Positions 1 to 10,397 of a stretch of DNA of 64,000 nucleotides are shown here, in pieces. Below the pieces are notes generated by a model. It was not told the origin of the DNA, searched no databases, and saw only the letters and a list, made by a program, of their open reading frames with translations. The first letter of the stretch is position 1, and each line of letters begins with the position of its first letter. The DNA comes from Candidatus Latescibacterota bacterium. GTDB lineage: Bacteria; Latescibacterota; UBA2968. The translations under genes were made by a program, and so were the position numbers. The stretch spans positions 3,904,001 to 3,968,000 of the forward strand of contig OZ240241.1 of assembly GCA_965198115.1 (NCBI GenBank), in the 5' to 3' direction.

Positions 1-233
1 CGGTGAGCGATCAGATTCGTCACGCATACGGATCCTTCCACCACGTCCACGTGAATGACCCGAACAGGCTGGGACCGGGAATGGGAGATCTCGACTTCAG
101 CCCGATTCTGAAAGCGCTCGCAGAATTGGATTACGCCGGCTGGGTGTCGGTCGAGGCCTTCGACTTCGAGTCCGGCCGCGAAAACGTCGCCCGAACCAGC
201 CTCGAAAACATGCAACGCATCGTGGAGAGTTGA
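1..233 (+). CDS. Sugar-phosphate isomerase/epimerase (xylose-isomerase-like TIM barrel), C-terminal part; gene starts before the window
   Basis: HVHVND...PGMGDLDFSPILKALAELDYAGWVSVE, typical AP_endonuc_2 C-terminus. Confidence 0.85.
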   Translation, partial: VSDQIRHAYGSFHHVHVNDPNRLGPGMGDLDFSPILKALAELDYAGWVSVEAFDFESGRENVARTSLENMQRIVES

Positions 234-247
234 ACTGTGCGTTCGAC

Positions 248-438
248 CGCTCATCCTGAGTAGCGACCTAAGAAAGGGCGTCTACTATCAGATATCGTGA
301 AAGCGTTGGACTCGCATATCGAAGGATGAGAGGTCGCAGCAGCGAAAGTGAGGGCCGTTCGTCCTTCGATACGGGGACAGTAGGTTTGCACCTTGGCAGA
401 ATCCAATGATGGTACGATACCCCTACTCAGGATGAACG
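248..438. repeat. Inverted pair of CATCCTGAGTAG...TATCGAAGGA repeats (expanded-loop variant of the short CCTGAGC/TCGAAGG element)
   Basis: catcctgagtag (252)...tatcgaagga (317) mirrored by tccttcgata (362)...ctactcaggatg (423). Confidence 0.7.
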
Positions 439-495
439 GCAGCGACGGTCGTCATTCGCATTCTCCCACGATCTGAAACCCGATAGGACCATTGC

Positions 496-1563
496 GTGCC
501 CATTAGAGTCGGCATCCTCGGCGCGGTATCCAGCTACTCTCTCCATTACAGCGAAACGATCCGCGACATGGAAGGGGTCGAGCTCGCCGGGCTCGTGCAT
601 TTCGATCGGGATCCGAAGTACATTCGAGATTCGCTGAGTCTGCACTGGCTGGCGAAATTTCCGAAGACGATCGAGGAGATGGCGGAGAGATTCAGGACGG
701 AGCTCTACGAGGAAGCGGATGAGCTGTATGAAAAGGGAAAACCGGATGCGGTCTGCTTGTGTATGGAGGACTATCATCGGCCGCACTATGCCGAATGGGG
801 GATCGAGCGGGGTCTGCACGTCTTTATGCCCAAGCCTTTTGCCCGGTCCATCGACGAGGCTTTGAGTGCGTTCGATACGTCGAATGAAAAGGGACTGATC
901 ACGGTGGGCAGCTTGCCCACGAGGTTCCGCTCACCTTCGGTGACCGCGAGTGGTGTGATCGACGAGGGGCGCATCGGGCGTCCGATCATGGGTCATTTTT
1001 CTATCACCCATCATCTGACGCTGGGAGGATGGAAGAGTGATTTCGAAATGGCGGCAGGACCCGAGTTGGAGACCGGGTTTTACGTGTTCGATCAGATGCT
1101 GATGCTGATGAAGGACGAACCGCGTGACATCGTCGGTTTCGGCGAGAATCACGACCATCGGGGGATCCCGTGCATTGACAATGGCAAGTGCGTGGTTCGC
1201 TGCAAGAACGGAGCACTCTCGACGATCGATCTGATCATGTCTACACACCACGGGTTTCCGCGTGGACGGGCGAGTCACGTGATTGGAGATGAAGGGGCCC
1301 TCGTCGTGGATCAGGACGACCAGGGGGCTTTCGTAGAAATCCATACGAGCGACGGTGTCGAACGGATTGACTGCGAGAGTTGGGATCCGTTCGAGCGTGA
1401 GCTGGGGACGTGGATCGGTCTGATCCGTGATGGGGGCGATCCATCGGAGTGGCAGGAGGAAGGGTTGCGTACGCTCAACTTGATTCTGGCCTACAAGGAA
1501 GCGCACGAATCGGGGAATCGTCTTGTCCTTGCCGACGACGATGAAGAAGAGGAGGATGAATAG
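496..1563 (+). CDS. Gfo/Idh/MocA family oxidoreductase
   Basis: IRVGILG N-terminus, HVFMPKPFA (EKP variant), GDEGAL C-domain; acidic tail. Confidence 0.85.
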   Translation: MPIRVGILGAVSSYSLHYSETIRDMEGVELAGLVHFDRDPKYIRDSLSLHWLAKFPKTIEEMAERFRTELYEEADELYEKGKPDAVCLCMEDYHRPHYAEWGIERGLHVFMPKPFARSIDEALSAFDTSNEKGLITVGSLPTRFRSPSVTASGVIDEGRIGRPIMGHFSITHHLTLGGWKSDFEMAAGPELETGFYVFDQMLMLMKDEPRDIVGFGENHDHRGIPCIDNGKCVVRCKNGALSTIDLIMSTHHGFPRGRASHVIGDEGALVVDQDDQGAFVEIHTSDGVERIDCESWDPFERELGTWIGLIRDGGDPSEWQEEGLRTLNLILAYKEAHESGNRLVLADDDEEEEDE

Positions 1564-1565
1564 CC

Positions 1566-2366
1566 GTGGATTGGCACGGTCACACGTTCGCCTACAAGCT
1601 TCGGGTCGACGTCGAGCACGTGGAATCGCAGCGCTATATCGGGGACTACCGGTTGACCCGCGTCTCCGTGACGAATCTGCTCGATCTCCTGGCAGAGATC
1701 GATGTTCACGTTTCCTTCTGTGTACTGGGTATTACGGCCGAGCTGTTTCCGAATCTGATCCTGGATATCGTGGATGCCGGTCACGAGGTTTATGGACACG
1801 GGATGTATCACGAGCCGGCGTTCGAGGGACGCCCGTTCCGAGAGCAGCGCCACGAGATGATTCGCATGCGCGACAGCATCGAATCGGCCTGTGGCGTGAA
1901 GGTTCGAGGGATCGGTTGCCCGCATCACGGGTTGGCGGATGAAAATACCCTTCGCGCGGCGGCAGAGGCAGGGATCGAATACGTGGAATCGAAGATCCGA
2001 GGAGAGGGAGCGCCGGTTCCCGTTCCCGTGACCCGGAAGATCGACGGAACGGACGGAACAGTGCTCGTTCCCGGTGGGGGTGGACGAGGCGCCTCGGACT
2101 ATACCGATCGACGCCCGGACTGGGCGTTCAAGCACGAAGAAGCCTTCAGCCCGACGGGGGCGAGGGAAAAGTGGATGGGCGACATCGACTGGGCCAAACA
2201 GAATAACACCATCACCGGCCTGGTTATTCACCCCTGGATGCTGATGATCAACGCCGGCGAGGTCCAGGTCGTGAAAGACCTGCTCCGGCACGCGAAAAAA
2301 GAGGGCTCTTGGTTCGCCACTGTAGACGGCCTCATCGATCTGGCCGACTCGAGCGCGAAGCCCTAG
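1566..2366 (+). CDS. Polysaccharide deacetylase (NodB/CE4) family protein
   Basis: RVDVE, GHEVYGHGMYH and IHPW motifs. Confidence 0.85.
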   Translation: MDWHGHTFAYKLRVDVEHVESQRYIGDYRLTRVSVTNLLDLLAEIDVHVSFCVLGITAELFPNLILDIVDAGHEVYGHGMYHEPAFEGRPFREQRHEMIRMRDSIESACGVKVRGIGCPHHGLADENTLRAAAEAGIEYVESKIRGEGAPVPVPVTRKIDGTDGTVLVPGGGGRGASDYTDRRPDWAFKHEEAFSPTGAREKWMGDIDWAKQNNTITGLVIHPWMLMINAGEVQVVKDLLRHAKKEGSWFATVDGLIDLADSSAKP

Positions 2367-2512
2367 CCGGCCCGTCATCTCGAACCCGTGTTGCGCCCGT
2401 GGCTCCATTGACCGGGTGAGAGATCTCTACGAACAAGGTCATCGCCCGAGCGATATGGGCGAAGCCGTCTTATCCGCCGACCGCCCACTACCGACAGCCG
2501 ACGAGGTTCCCC

Positions 2513-2955
2513 ATGGACAGACGATGCCTGAAATACTGTCTCACGCCCGCCGAACGAAGGAAGTTCGACAAGAACGGATATCTGATCGTGGAAGACGCGC
2601 TGCCGAAGGCACGCGTCCGTTCCTTGCTCCAGGCGACCGAACGCGTGGATGTCAAGACACGCAAGGCGGAAAAGATCGAACCCCACCAGCGTGTGCATAC
2701 GCGTGATTTCCTGGGAGAAGATCAGGCGTTCATCGACTTGATTGCCTATCCCAGGCTATTGCCCAAGGTGTGGGGGATCCTGGGCTGGAACATCAACATT
2801 TTTACGGTTATGGCTACCGCTGGTTGCAGGCGCGTGGGCCGTGTGACGTGTCGAAGTTTTGGAGGAGACTCGATCCGATCGAGCGCCAGCTCTCCGCAAC
2901 CCGCCATCGGATATTCACGGCTGGACGTCTCCGAAGGATGAAGACGTGCCGCTGA
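2513..2955 (+). pseudogene. PhyH (phytanoyl-CoA dioxygenase) family gene with internal deletion/frameshift
   Basis: N-terminus LTPAERRKFDKNGYLIVEDAL...ILGWNI joins out of frame to C-terminal FYGYGYRWLQ...LDPIERQL; the HxD catalytic core is absent. Confidence 0.75.
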
Positions 2956-2998
2956 AGGGCTGGATCGAGAAGAATGTGAAGAATGGAATGGTCGGCCC

Positions 2999-3763
2999 GT
3001 GAGTGGGAAGCTGACGGGGAAGGTTGCACTCGTGACCGGTGCCGGTCGAGGTCTCGGACGGGCTTATGCGCTGCATCTGGCAAGGCTCGGGGCCGACGTG
3101 GGCGTCAACGACCTCAGTCTGAGGGCCCACGAGGAGTATGATGAGAAGATCGGAGCCGAATCGGTTCCGGCCGAGATCGAAGCGATGGGTGTACGAAGCA
3201 AGGGTTACGAATCGGATGTGACCGATCGCGAACAGGTCGACGGGATGGTCGCCGACATCGCCGAGAGGTTCGGACGGCTGGACATCCTCGTGAACAATGC
3301 GGGCGGCGCGCTCTTCGGTCGGCACGATTTCAAGCCGATGTTCGACCTGAACTTCCACGGCACCGTCCATTGCTGCGAGGCCTCGGCTGAGGTGATGAAG
3401 CGACAGAAGTCGGGTAAGATCGTGAACGTCGCAAGCCAGGCGGGGATGCTCGCGAGTCAGGGTCATTCCTACGCCACGGCCAAGGCAGCTGTGATTCATT
3501 ACACGAGATGTCTCGCACAGGATCTGGGTCCCCACAACATCCACGTGAATTGCATCGCCCCCGGCTTTATCCTCAGTTCACGCGCGATCGCCGGTGGCAG
3601 AGACGAGGGTGAAACGAAAGAACGATTGGTATCGCAGATTGCCCTGGGTCGTCTGGGAATGCCCGAGGACTGTGCTAAAGTGGTCGAGTTTCTTGTGACC
3701 GACCTGTCGGATTACGTCACGGGTCAGACGATCCCCGTGTGCGGCGGCTTTGTGAAGTTTTAA
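2999..3763 (+). CDS. Short-chain dehydrogenase/reductase (SDR)
   Basis: TGAGRGLG, NNAG, YATAK. Confidence 0.95.
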   Translation: MSGKLTGKVALVTGAGRGLGRAYALHLARLGADVGVNDLSLRAHEEYDEKIGAESVPAEIEAMGVRSKGYESDVTDREQVDGMVADIAERFGRLDILVNNAGGALFGRHDFKPMFDLNFHGTVHCCEASAEVMKRQKSGKIVNVASQAGMLASQGHSYATAKAAVIHYTRCLAQDLGPHNIHVNCIAPGFILSSRAIAGGRDEGETKERLVSQIALGRLGMPEDCAKVVEFLVTDLSDYVTGQTIPVCGGFVKF

Positions 3764-3785
3764 GGGCTACGCAAACACTTGGTGG

Positions 3786-3965
3786 CGGGCTTCTGCCCGT
3801 CCTCCACAAACACGACGCGCTTGTCCCCGTGCTCTGCACGGGGACCTGTTCTTCCTCGGGGCGAGGGCGATTCGTCCGGTAGCGAGTGGAGCTATGTTGC
3901 CCCCGTGCAGAGCACGGGGGCGAGCGACTACTCAGCCGAATACAAAAGAGGCCGGGCAGAGCCCG
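3786..3965. repeat. REP family A, inverted doublet downstream of RAYT
   Basis: cgggcttctgcccg + gtccccgtgc-tct-gcacggggac (3823-3845); inverted gcccccgtgc-aga-gcacgggggc (3899-3921) + cgggcagagcccg. Confidence 0.85.
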
Positions 3966-4513
3966 ACCTCTTTGTTGTTATAGCAAAATTGGGGAAACCC
4001 GCGGGAGTTTCTTGTTCCCACGAAGCGCGGATAGACTTGAGTAGGGCCAGTCTGCAGCTTTCCTACAAGTCCCTTTCTGACCGGGTTGTCGTGAACGTAT
4101 TCGATCTTCTGAATCAATACAGCATCAGAATACAACACCTGAGGATGGTAACCGGGCTGCCAGACGCGGTGGCGATGTGATTTCTTCTGTTCTCGGCAAT
4201 TAGCTCTGAATTTCTCCAGGTAAAATTGGGCTTTCCTTGTTTTCAGATCATTGACGATCTGGCGTGCGGTATAGGACAACAGACGTCGCATCGTGTTGGA
4301 GAGAACATCCCCGCTCCCCACGACATGGAAGTGGTCTTCCATGATAACGTATGCGTGCAAGCGAAGATCACCACGATCAGCAAGAAAATTAAGTGAACCG
4401 AGTAACGTTTCTGCACAGGTTCCGAATCGGAAGACTGGTAGCCATTCCACGATGGACGAGGTCATAAGGTGCGGGTACCTGTGACTTTCTATTCGGTATG
4501 GATCGCGTACCAT
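3932..4513 (-). CDS. REP-associated tyrosine transposase (RAYT, Y1 HUH), C-terminal frameshift
   Basis: AYVIMEDHFH (HUH), VWQPGYH, KIEYVHDNPVRKGLV; expected DWPYSS tail lies in another frame after ~4060. Confidence 0.85.
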   Translation of the reverse strand: MVRDPYRIESHRYPHLMTSSIVEWLPVFRFGTCAETLLGSLNFLADRGDLRLHAYVIMEDHFHVVGSGDVLSNTMRRLLSYTARQIVNDLKTRKAQFYLEKFRANCREQKKSHRHRVWQPGYHPQVLYSDAVLIQKIEYVHDNPVRKGLVGKLQTGPTQVYPRFVGTRNSRGFPQFCYNNKEVGLCPASFVFG

Positions 4514-4567
4514 ACCGCCGAGTATAGCCACGATCGAAATCGAGAACCAGGAGAGAGGATTTTGCTA

Positions 4568-4631
4568 CGGGCTCCCGCCCGTCCAGATTCACCAATCGCG
4601 CCACGCTCGTCCCCGTGCTCCGCACGGGGAC
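4568..4631. repeat. REP family A copy upstream of RAYT
   Basis: cgggctcccgcccg + gtccccgtgc-tcc-gcacggggac (4609-4631). Confidence 0.85.
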
Positions 4632-4652
4632 CCTGTGCGTCTATCTCAATCT

Positions 4653-5768
4653 TCAATGTCGCACGCTCCCATCCGCCCAGAAACTCCCCGTTACTTCCCG
4701 ATCTTTGAACGGTAGCTCCGTCAACACATCCTCGTTGATTTCCACGCCGATTCCAGGGCGATCCGCGATTTCCCGATAGCCGTTTCGCACCTTGAAAGGC
4801 GTGTCGACGATCGCGCGTTGTGCCTCACTGTGGGCGTTCGTCTCCTTGACGTAGTAGTTTGGGATGGCGGCTGCCAGTTGAGTGAAAACAGCATTGTTCA
4901 CTGGGCTGCCCATGAGGTGAGGGAAGATCTGAACGAACGCCGGCTCTGCGATGGCGGCGATCTTCTTGACCTGTGTGAACCCACCGGCCACGGATACATC
5001 CGGTCGCAGGAAGGCTGCGATTTTCTTGTCGACAAGCTCCTTGAACTGAAAGATGTTGTAGCTTCGTTCGCCGAGCGCCATGGGGATGTCTATATGTTTG
5101 GCGATGTACTCGTGAGCCTCCACGCTCTCAGGTGGGAGAGGATCTTCGAAGTATTTGAGCTTGAAGGGTTTAAGCTCCGCCGCGAGTGTGATGGCTTCGT
5201 CCGGCGTCAGGTTGCGGTGAATCTCGAGTCCGAGGTCGATGCCATCCCCGATGGCCTCACGAACGGTGGCGACCATCTCGACGGCGGTCGAAATGATCTC
5301 GGTGGAATCTCGAGACTCGAAACCTCCAAAGAAGGGCGTCATCCGTAGGGACGTGAACCCCTGGCTCACACGTTCTCTGGCGGAGTCCACTCGTTCTTCA
5401 TAGGTCTCACCGCGAACATTCTCGAACACACGTACGCGATCTCGACATTTCCCGCCCAGCAGCTGGTAGACGGGCAGCCCAACGGACTTGCCCAGGATGT
5501 CCCAGAGCGCGACGTCGATGGCACTGAGTGCGGCGCTGATGACGCCCCCCGTGAAGTGGGCGTGTCGGGTGACGACCTGGTGGTGATGCTCGATCAGACG
5601 AGGATCTTTCCCTACGAAGTAGGACTTGAGATCCTCGATCGTCTGCGCCGTCGGTCGATGGTGCATCCACAGGCCCGCTTCGCCATTACCGACGAGATCG
5701 TTGTCGGTGTAGACGCGAACGAGGCAGTACTGATCGACGAGGAAGGGCTTGATGTCCGTGATCTTCAT
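4653..5768 (-). CDS. Mandelate racemase/enolase superfamily sugar-acid dehydratase (DgoD-like)
   Basis: MKITDIK, SAIDVALWDILGK, YQLLGG, FEDP, GER, PGIGVEINE. Confidence 0.9.
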   Translation of the reverse strand: MKITDIKPFLVDQYCLVRVYTDNDLVGNGEAGLWMHHRPTAQTIEDLKSYFVGKDPRLIEHHHQVVTRHAHFTGGVISAALSAIDVALWDILGKSVGLPVYQLLGGKCRDRVRVFENVRGETYEERVDSARERVSQGFTSLRMTPFFGGFESRDSTEIISTAVEMVATVREAIGDGIDLGLEIHRNLTPDEAITLAAELKPFKLKYFEDPLPPESVEAHEYIAKHIDIPMALGERSYNIFQFKELVDKKIAAFLRPDVSVAGGFTQVKKIAAIAEPAFVQIFPHLMGSPVNNAVFTQLAAAIPNYYVKETNAHSEAQRAIVDTPFKVRNGYREIADRPGIGVEINEDVLTELPFKDREVTGSFWADGSVRH

Positions 5769-5808
5769 GGCCGTTTCGATTCAAAAACGATGAGAGGGAA
5801 AGACGAGC

Positions 5809-6645
5809 ATGAGCAGTCTACATAACAGAGTGGCGATTGTCACGGGTGGTGCGCTGGGCATCGGTGGCGCGATGTCGCGAAGACTGGCGGGCGTAGGCGC
5901 CAGGGTCCTGGTCGCAGATTATGTGATGGAGGCGGCGGAGGAGAATGTCGCTCGCATTACGGAGGCCGGAGGTCAGGCGAGAGCGATGCACGTAGACGTG
6001 TCGAAGGCGGATGACGTCGAACGCATGGTCGAAGAGGCAGTTAACGCCTTCGGTGGATTGCATATCCTCGTTAACAACGCGTGGGGGAGCAAGGAGCCGG
6101 ATGGAACGGCGGAGACGGTTACCGATAGCGCGTGGGAATACGGGATGGATACAATGGTCCGTGCTCACTTCAGAGCTGTTCGTCACGCATTGCCCCACAT
6201 GCGTGAAGCGGGTGGAGGCGCTGTCGTCAACATCGCATCGGTCCACGGATTCCTCGTTGCGGAACGACGATTGGTTTACGAGACGGCAAAGGCCGCTGTC
6301 ATCGGGATGACACGGCAGATGGCGTGTGATTTCGGTCCGGACGGCGTGCGCGTCAACGCGATTTGCCCTGGCCACATCGTGACCGAGAAAGGCGAGGCGA
6401 ATTGGGCGAAGAATCCATCGTTGCACAAGCTGTTTGTTGAACAGTATCCCATACGCCGAACGGGCGTTCCCGATGACATCGCGAATGCGATCCGGTTTTT
6501 GGTGTCTGATGAAGCATCGTTCATTACGGGTCACACGCTCGTTGTCGATGGTGGCCTGACGATTCAACTTCAGGAGAACCTGGGTGTTGCGCAGGCCATT
6601 TACCAGCGTGACCATCCCGACACGGACTTCGGGCGCTGGGGATAG
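5809..6645 (+). CDS. SDR family oxidoreductase
   Basis: TGGALGIG, NNA, YETAK, ITGHTLVVDGG. Confidence 0.95.
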   Translation: MSSLHNRVAIVTGGALGIGGAMSRRLAGVGARVLVADYVMEAAEENVARITEAGGQARAMHVDVSKADDVERMVEEAVNAFGGLHILVNNAWGSKEPDGTAETVTDSAWEYGMDTMVRAHFRAVRHALPHMREAGGGAVVNIASVHGFLVAERRLVYETAKAAVIGMTRQMACDFGPDGVRVNAICPGHIVTEKGEANWAKNPSLHKLFVEQYPIRRTGVPDDIANAIRFLVSDEASFITGHTLVVDGGLTIQLQENLGVAQAIYQRDHPDTDFGRWG

Positions 6646-6719
6646 TGCGAAGCTGCAGGGAAGAAGTGAGAAGCCAGAAGGAATCCGTTCTCAGTCGGAA
6701 ATGACTCGAAAGGCTACCA

Positions 6720-8095
6720 ATGCAGCCGAATGTTGTCTGGATTTATGGAGAGGATCTCTACCCCGATCTGGCGTGCTACGGGACACCCGTCGTGCAGACG
6801 CCGAACCTCGACCGGTTCGCTTCGGAGGGAACGCTTTTTTCAAATGCGTTCGTGACCTGTCCAGTTTGTTCACCCAGCCGGTCGGCCATCATCACGGGTC
6901 GATACCAGACAAGCTTTGGTGCACACAACCATCGCAGCAAAAGAGACGCGCCTCTGCCTGGTGGCATCGAATTGGCTACGGATCTATTCCGTCAGGCCGG
7001 GTACTTCACGTGTAACAGCAGCGGTCCGCCCGATCATCGACCCGGAAAAACGGACTTCAATTTCCTCCGCGAGGATCCGTTCGACGGTGTGTTGTGGAAC
7101 GAGCGGGAAGAAGGCCAGCCGTTTTACGCGCAGTTCAACATCACGGACACGCACCGTGACTTCACTCGGGATCCCGAGAACCCGATCGATCCATCAGCCG
7201 TCGAGTTGCCACCTTACTATCCGGGTCATCCACTGGTAAGGAGAGACTGGGCGAACTGGCTGGAGAGCATCCAGGTTTTCGATCGCAAGGTGGGCGAAGT
7301 GCTCGGGATGCTCGAGAGGGATGGCCTGGTCGAGAACACGATCGTGTTCATCATCAGCGATCACGGGCGAGCCCACATCCGTGACAAGCAGTTTCTCTAC
7401 GATGGCGGGATTCGCGTGCCCTGCATCGTTCGATGGCCAACCACATTGGTGCTGGCGTGGTGAAGGACGATCTGGTGAGTGGGGTCGATTTCCTGACCAC
7501 GTCGCTTTCCCTGGCCGGATTGGACATTCCCGAGGAACTCGAAGGTCAGGTATTTACAGGCCCCCAGGCGGACCCACGCAATGCGGTCATTGCCGCCCGC
7601 GACCGATGCGATGGGACGGTCGATCGGATTCGATGCGTGAGAACGAAACAGCACAAATACATCAAGAACTATTGCCCTGATCGACCATATATGCAGTTCA
7701 ACGGCTACAAAATGCACCAGTATCCGCTGTGGACCCTTGCCCCCATCCTGAAAGCCCGCGGTGAGTTGACTGACGCGCAAAAGCGATTCCTCGAGCCGTG
7801 CCGTCCGGCCGAAGAGCTCTACGATCTCGAGGCTGATCCCCACGAGATCAACAACCTGGCCAACGTCGATGCGCACGCCACGACACTGACAGCACTCCGA
7901 AATCGTCTGGACGACTGGGAGGTGCTTCACGGCGGTCGTGGTGCAACACCCGAAGATCCACCCGTGCTGGCGGAGGAGGCAAGAAAGATGCAGGACAATT
8001 TCAAACGGAGAATGGGAGCGCGCGGATTGCCGGCCGACATTGCGCCGGAAGACTATCTCGCGTGGTGGGAACGTGAACTCTTAGGGAAGGGGTAA
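6720..8095 (+). pseudogene. Formylglycine-dependent sulfatase split by a 1-nt frameshift near 7440
   Basis: PNVVWI, CSPSRSAIITG, SDHG in 6720-7463; continues in another frame (7433-8095) with EELYDLEADPHE; could be a sequencing error. Confidence 0.85.
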
Positions 8096-8755
8096 ATGGT
8101 GGAGGGGATTCAGGGGCGACCCGTTCGGGTCGGGTTCTACGGGTCGGGCAACATCGCGAAGAACACACACATACCGATCGTGTCTGCGCTGGAAAACGTC
8201 GACATCGTGGGGCTATGCGATGTCGACGCGACTGTCTTGGAAGAAGCCGGGGCAGTGGCTGGAGTCGAGGAGGTCCACCTCTACACCGATGCGATGGAGA
8301 TGCTCGAGCGTGAGGAGCTCGATGTGCTGTTTTCGTGTGTCCCGGCATTCGTCCGAGACGATTCACACGTCGAAGCAGTGGCCGCCTCGAAGGGCATCCA
8401 TTTGTTCAGCGAGAAGCCTCAGGCGGTGGATATCGAAACTGCCAGGCGGATCGACGGCGCGATTCGAGATGCGGGTGTGCTCAGCACCGTCGGGTTCCGC
8501 GAACGCTATCGCCCGTTGTTCTCGGAGGTTCGAGATTTCCTGTCGGATAAGGAAATCACACACGCGCAGGTGACGATGCCCAGGCTACAGCACGGCGAAA
8601 GGCCCTGGTCGGTGGATGAGGAGGTGAGTGGCGGGTTTCTTCTGGAATGGGGATGCCACGCCCTGGACTACACACGATTCATGACGGGCCAGGATGTTTC
8701 ACACGTCCAGGCTTTTATCTCGAAGCCTGAGGGACACGACCAGTCGGTGTCTAAC

Positions 8756-9392
8756 TAAACCTTGGTAAGCCCCCGGCTCTGCCGGGGAGACTCCCAGAGT
8801 TTGACAGTTCCAGAAATATGTAAGAGCCTCCCTTGCCGTGGACCGCTCAAAGCACACGGAAGGAAGGCTCTCTAATGAACAACGTAAGGAGTCTACGTCA
8901 CACGGTATGGGAGTGCAAGTATGACGTTGTTTGGGTTCGGAAGTATCGTAGAAAAGTGTTGTATGGTGAAATTCGTCGCTATCTGGGCGAGGTGATTCGG
9001 GATCTGGCCGCACAGAAGGAATGCCGTGTGGAAGAGGGTCACCTGCGATCCGACCATGTGCACATGCTGATTTCGATCCCGCCGAAGCACTCAGTAGCTC
9101 AGACGGTAGGGTTCATCAAAGGAAAGAGTGCGATTCACATTGCTCGGAACTATCTGGGACGCAGGTCGAACTTCACCGGGCAGCATTTCTGGGCAAGAGG
9201 CTACTGGGTCTCCACCGTTGGCAAGGATGAACAGACGGTTCGGGAGTATATCCAGAACCAGGAGCGGGAGGACCGGCGTCTCGACCAGCTCAACATTTTC
9301 AGGTAATCGCCACCTTTAGGTGGCGCTTGGTTTCCAACCGCTTTGAGCGGTTCACAAGTTTTCAAGCCTCCGGCTTTGCCGGAGGTCATGGC
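8756..9392 (+). mobile_element. IS200/IS605-family IS (tnpA only), intact copy
   Basis: Subterminal hairpins ccccggctctgccgggg and cctccggctttgccggagg; no TSD; inserted 3' of TAAC, as is the second copy. Confidence 0.95.
8875..9306 (+). CDS. tnpA: IS200/IS605 Y1 transposase
   Basis: DHVHMLISIPPK (HUH), FWARGYWVST, EYIQNQE. Confidence 0.95.
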   Translation: MNNVRSLRHTVWECKYDVVWVRKYRRKVLYGEIRRYLGEVIRDLAAQKECRVEEGHLRSDHVHMLISIPPKHSVAQTVGFIKGKSAIHIARNYLGRRSNFTGQHFWARGYWVSTVGKDEQTVREYIQNQEREDRRLDQLNIFR

Positions 9393-9785
9393 TCTGTGAA
9401 CTTTCGATTCGAGAACGGCGGAACGATGCACCTCCTGTTCGTGACGCTCCTTGCCGATGACGTTCGCGCGCCCGGCCGGAGGGTAGTCCCTTTGTTCTCC
9501 TTCGCGTTCGTGGGTGGCTGGGTGGATGTCTATCGCGAAGACGGCAAGGTCTGGTCCTGCGAGGTCAACGGGGAGCTCGCTGGAACGGAGACGTTCGATC
9601 CGTGGGCCGAACACGATCGCGTGTTCATTGAGGCCGTTCGATCGGGAGATCCTACGGCAATAAGGAACGACTATCGCGACGGCATGCAGACGATCGGCCC
9701 GGTTCTGGCGGCCATTCAATCAGGGCGTGATTCCGGGCAGACGATCGAGATGCGTGGATTTATGAATTAGCTGGACGCCGGGGAT

Positions 9786-9897
9786 GCGTGGGGCTAAAGC
9801 CCCACGCTAGAGCAGCGAAGCCGGCTGAAGCCGGCTAGTGACAATAGCCCGCTTTAGCGGGCTTCGGATTCATAGCGTGGGGACTCATCCCCACGCG
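9786..9897. repeat. REPIN-like cluster of four hairpins
   Basis: gcgtggggctaaagccccacgc, agccggctgaagccggct, agcccgctttagcgggct, gcgtggggactcatccccacgc. Confidence 0.7.
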
Positions 9898-10070
9898 CGA
9901 TGCGCACGCCCATCGCCAGATCCCCCAGATGCCGGAAACCCTTGTGGTCTCCGGCATTTGATTTTGCCTCCCTCACCCGAGTTCAACCATATTGGTTGCC
10001 CCTTCGCCCGGGTGGTAGACCGTGGCGACCCCAGACCATCGCCCGATGGGCATCATTCGAGGTCAGAGAC

Positions 10071-10397
10071 GTGTTACTACAGATCTATTTCAAGGTCAGC
10101 GAAGAAAACGGGCAGGCGTTCGAGGATATGTTCATGGACGTCTACGTTCCAGCCATGCAGGTGCAAGAGGGCTATCTGGGATCACGGCTTTTAAGACTGT
10201 TTCCCGATGAGATCCATAAGGAGATCAATGCCCGCGAGACAGAGTTCAACTATCAGATGAATCTGGTTTTCGACACGGAGGAAAACCGTCGCAAGTGGGC
10301 GGCAAGCGACGAGCATCAGGTGGCATTCCCGAAGGCAAAGGAACTGGCGGAAGATGTGCAATGGCGTGGCTATGACGTAGCGGGTGAGGATGGTTGA
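10071..10397 (+). CDS. ABM/dimeric alpha-beta barrel (antibiotic biosynthesis monooxygenase-like) protein
   Basis: QEGYLGSRLL...WAASDEHQ; GTG start after gagg. Confidence 0.65.
   Translation: MLLQIYFKVSEENGQAFEDMFMDVYVPAMQVQEGYLGSRLLRLFPDEIHKEINARETEFNYQMNLVFDTEENRRKWAASDEHQVAFPKAKELAEDVQWRGYDVAGEDG

Larger units (their letters stand above)
8096..9770 (+). pseudogene. Gfo/Idh/MocA oxidoreductase interrupted by IS200
   Basis: GFYGSGNIA, HLFSEKP; removing 8756-9392 restores in-frame QSVSN|SVNFRFENG (~345 aa). Confidence 0.9.

Noticed and set aside
1534-1560. Poly-acidic tail DDDEEEEDE on the Gfo/Idh/MocA protein
   Set aside because: Short and overlaps the purine-rich RBS region of the next gene; no evidence of function.
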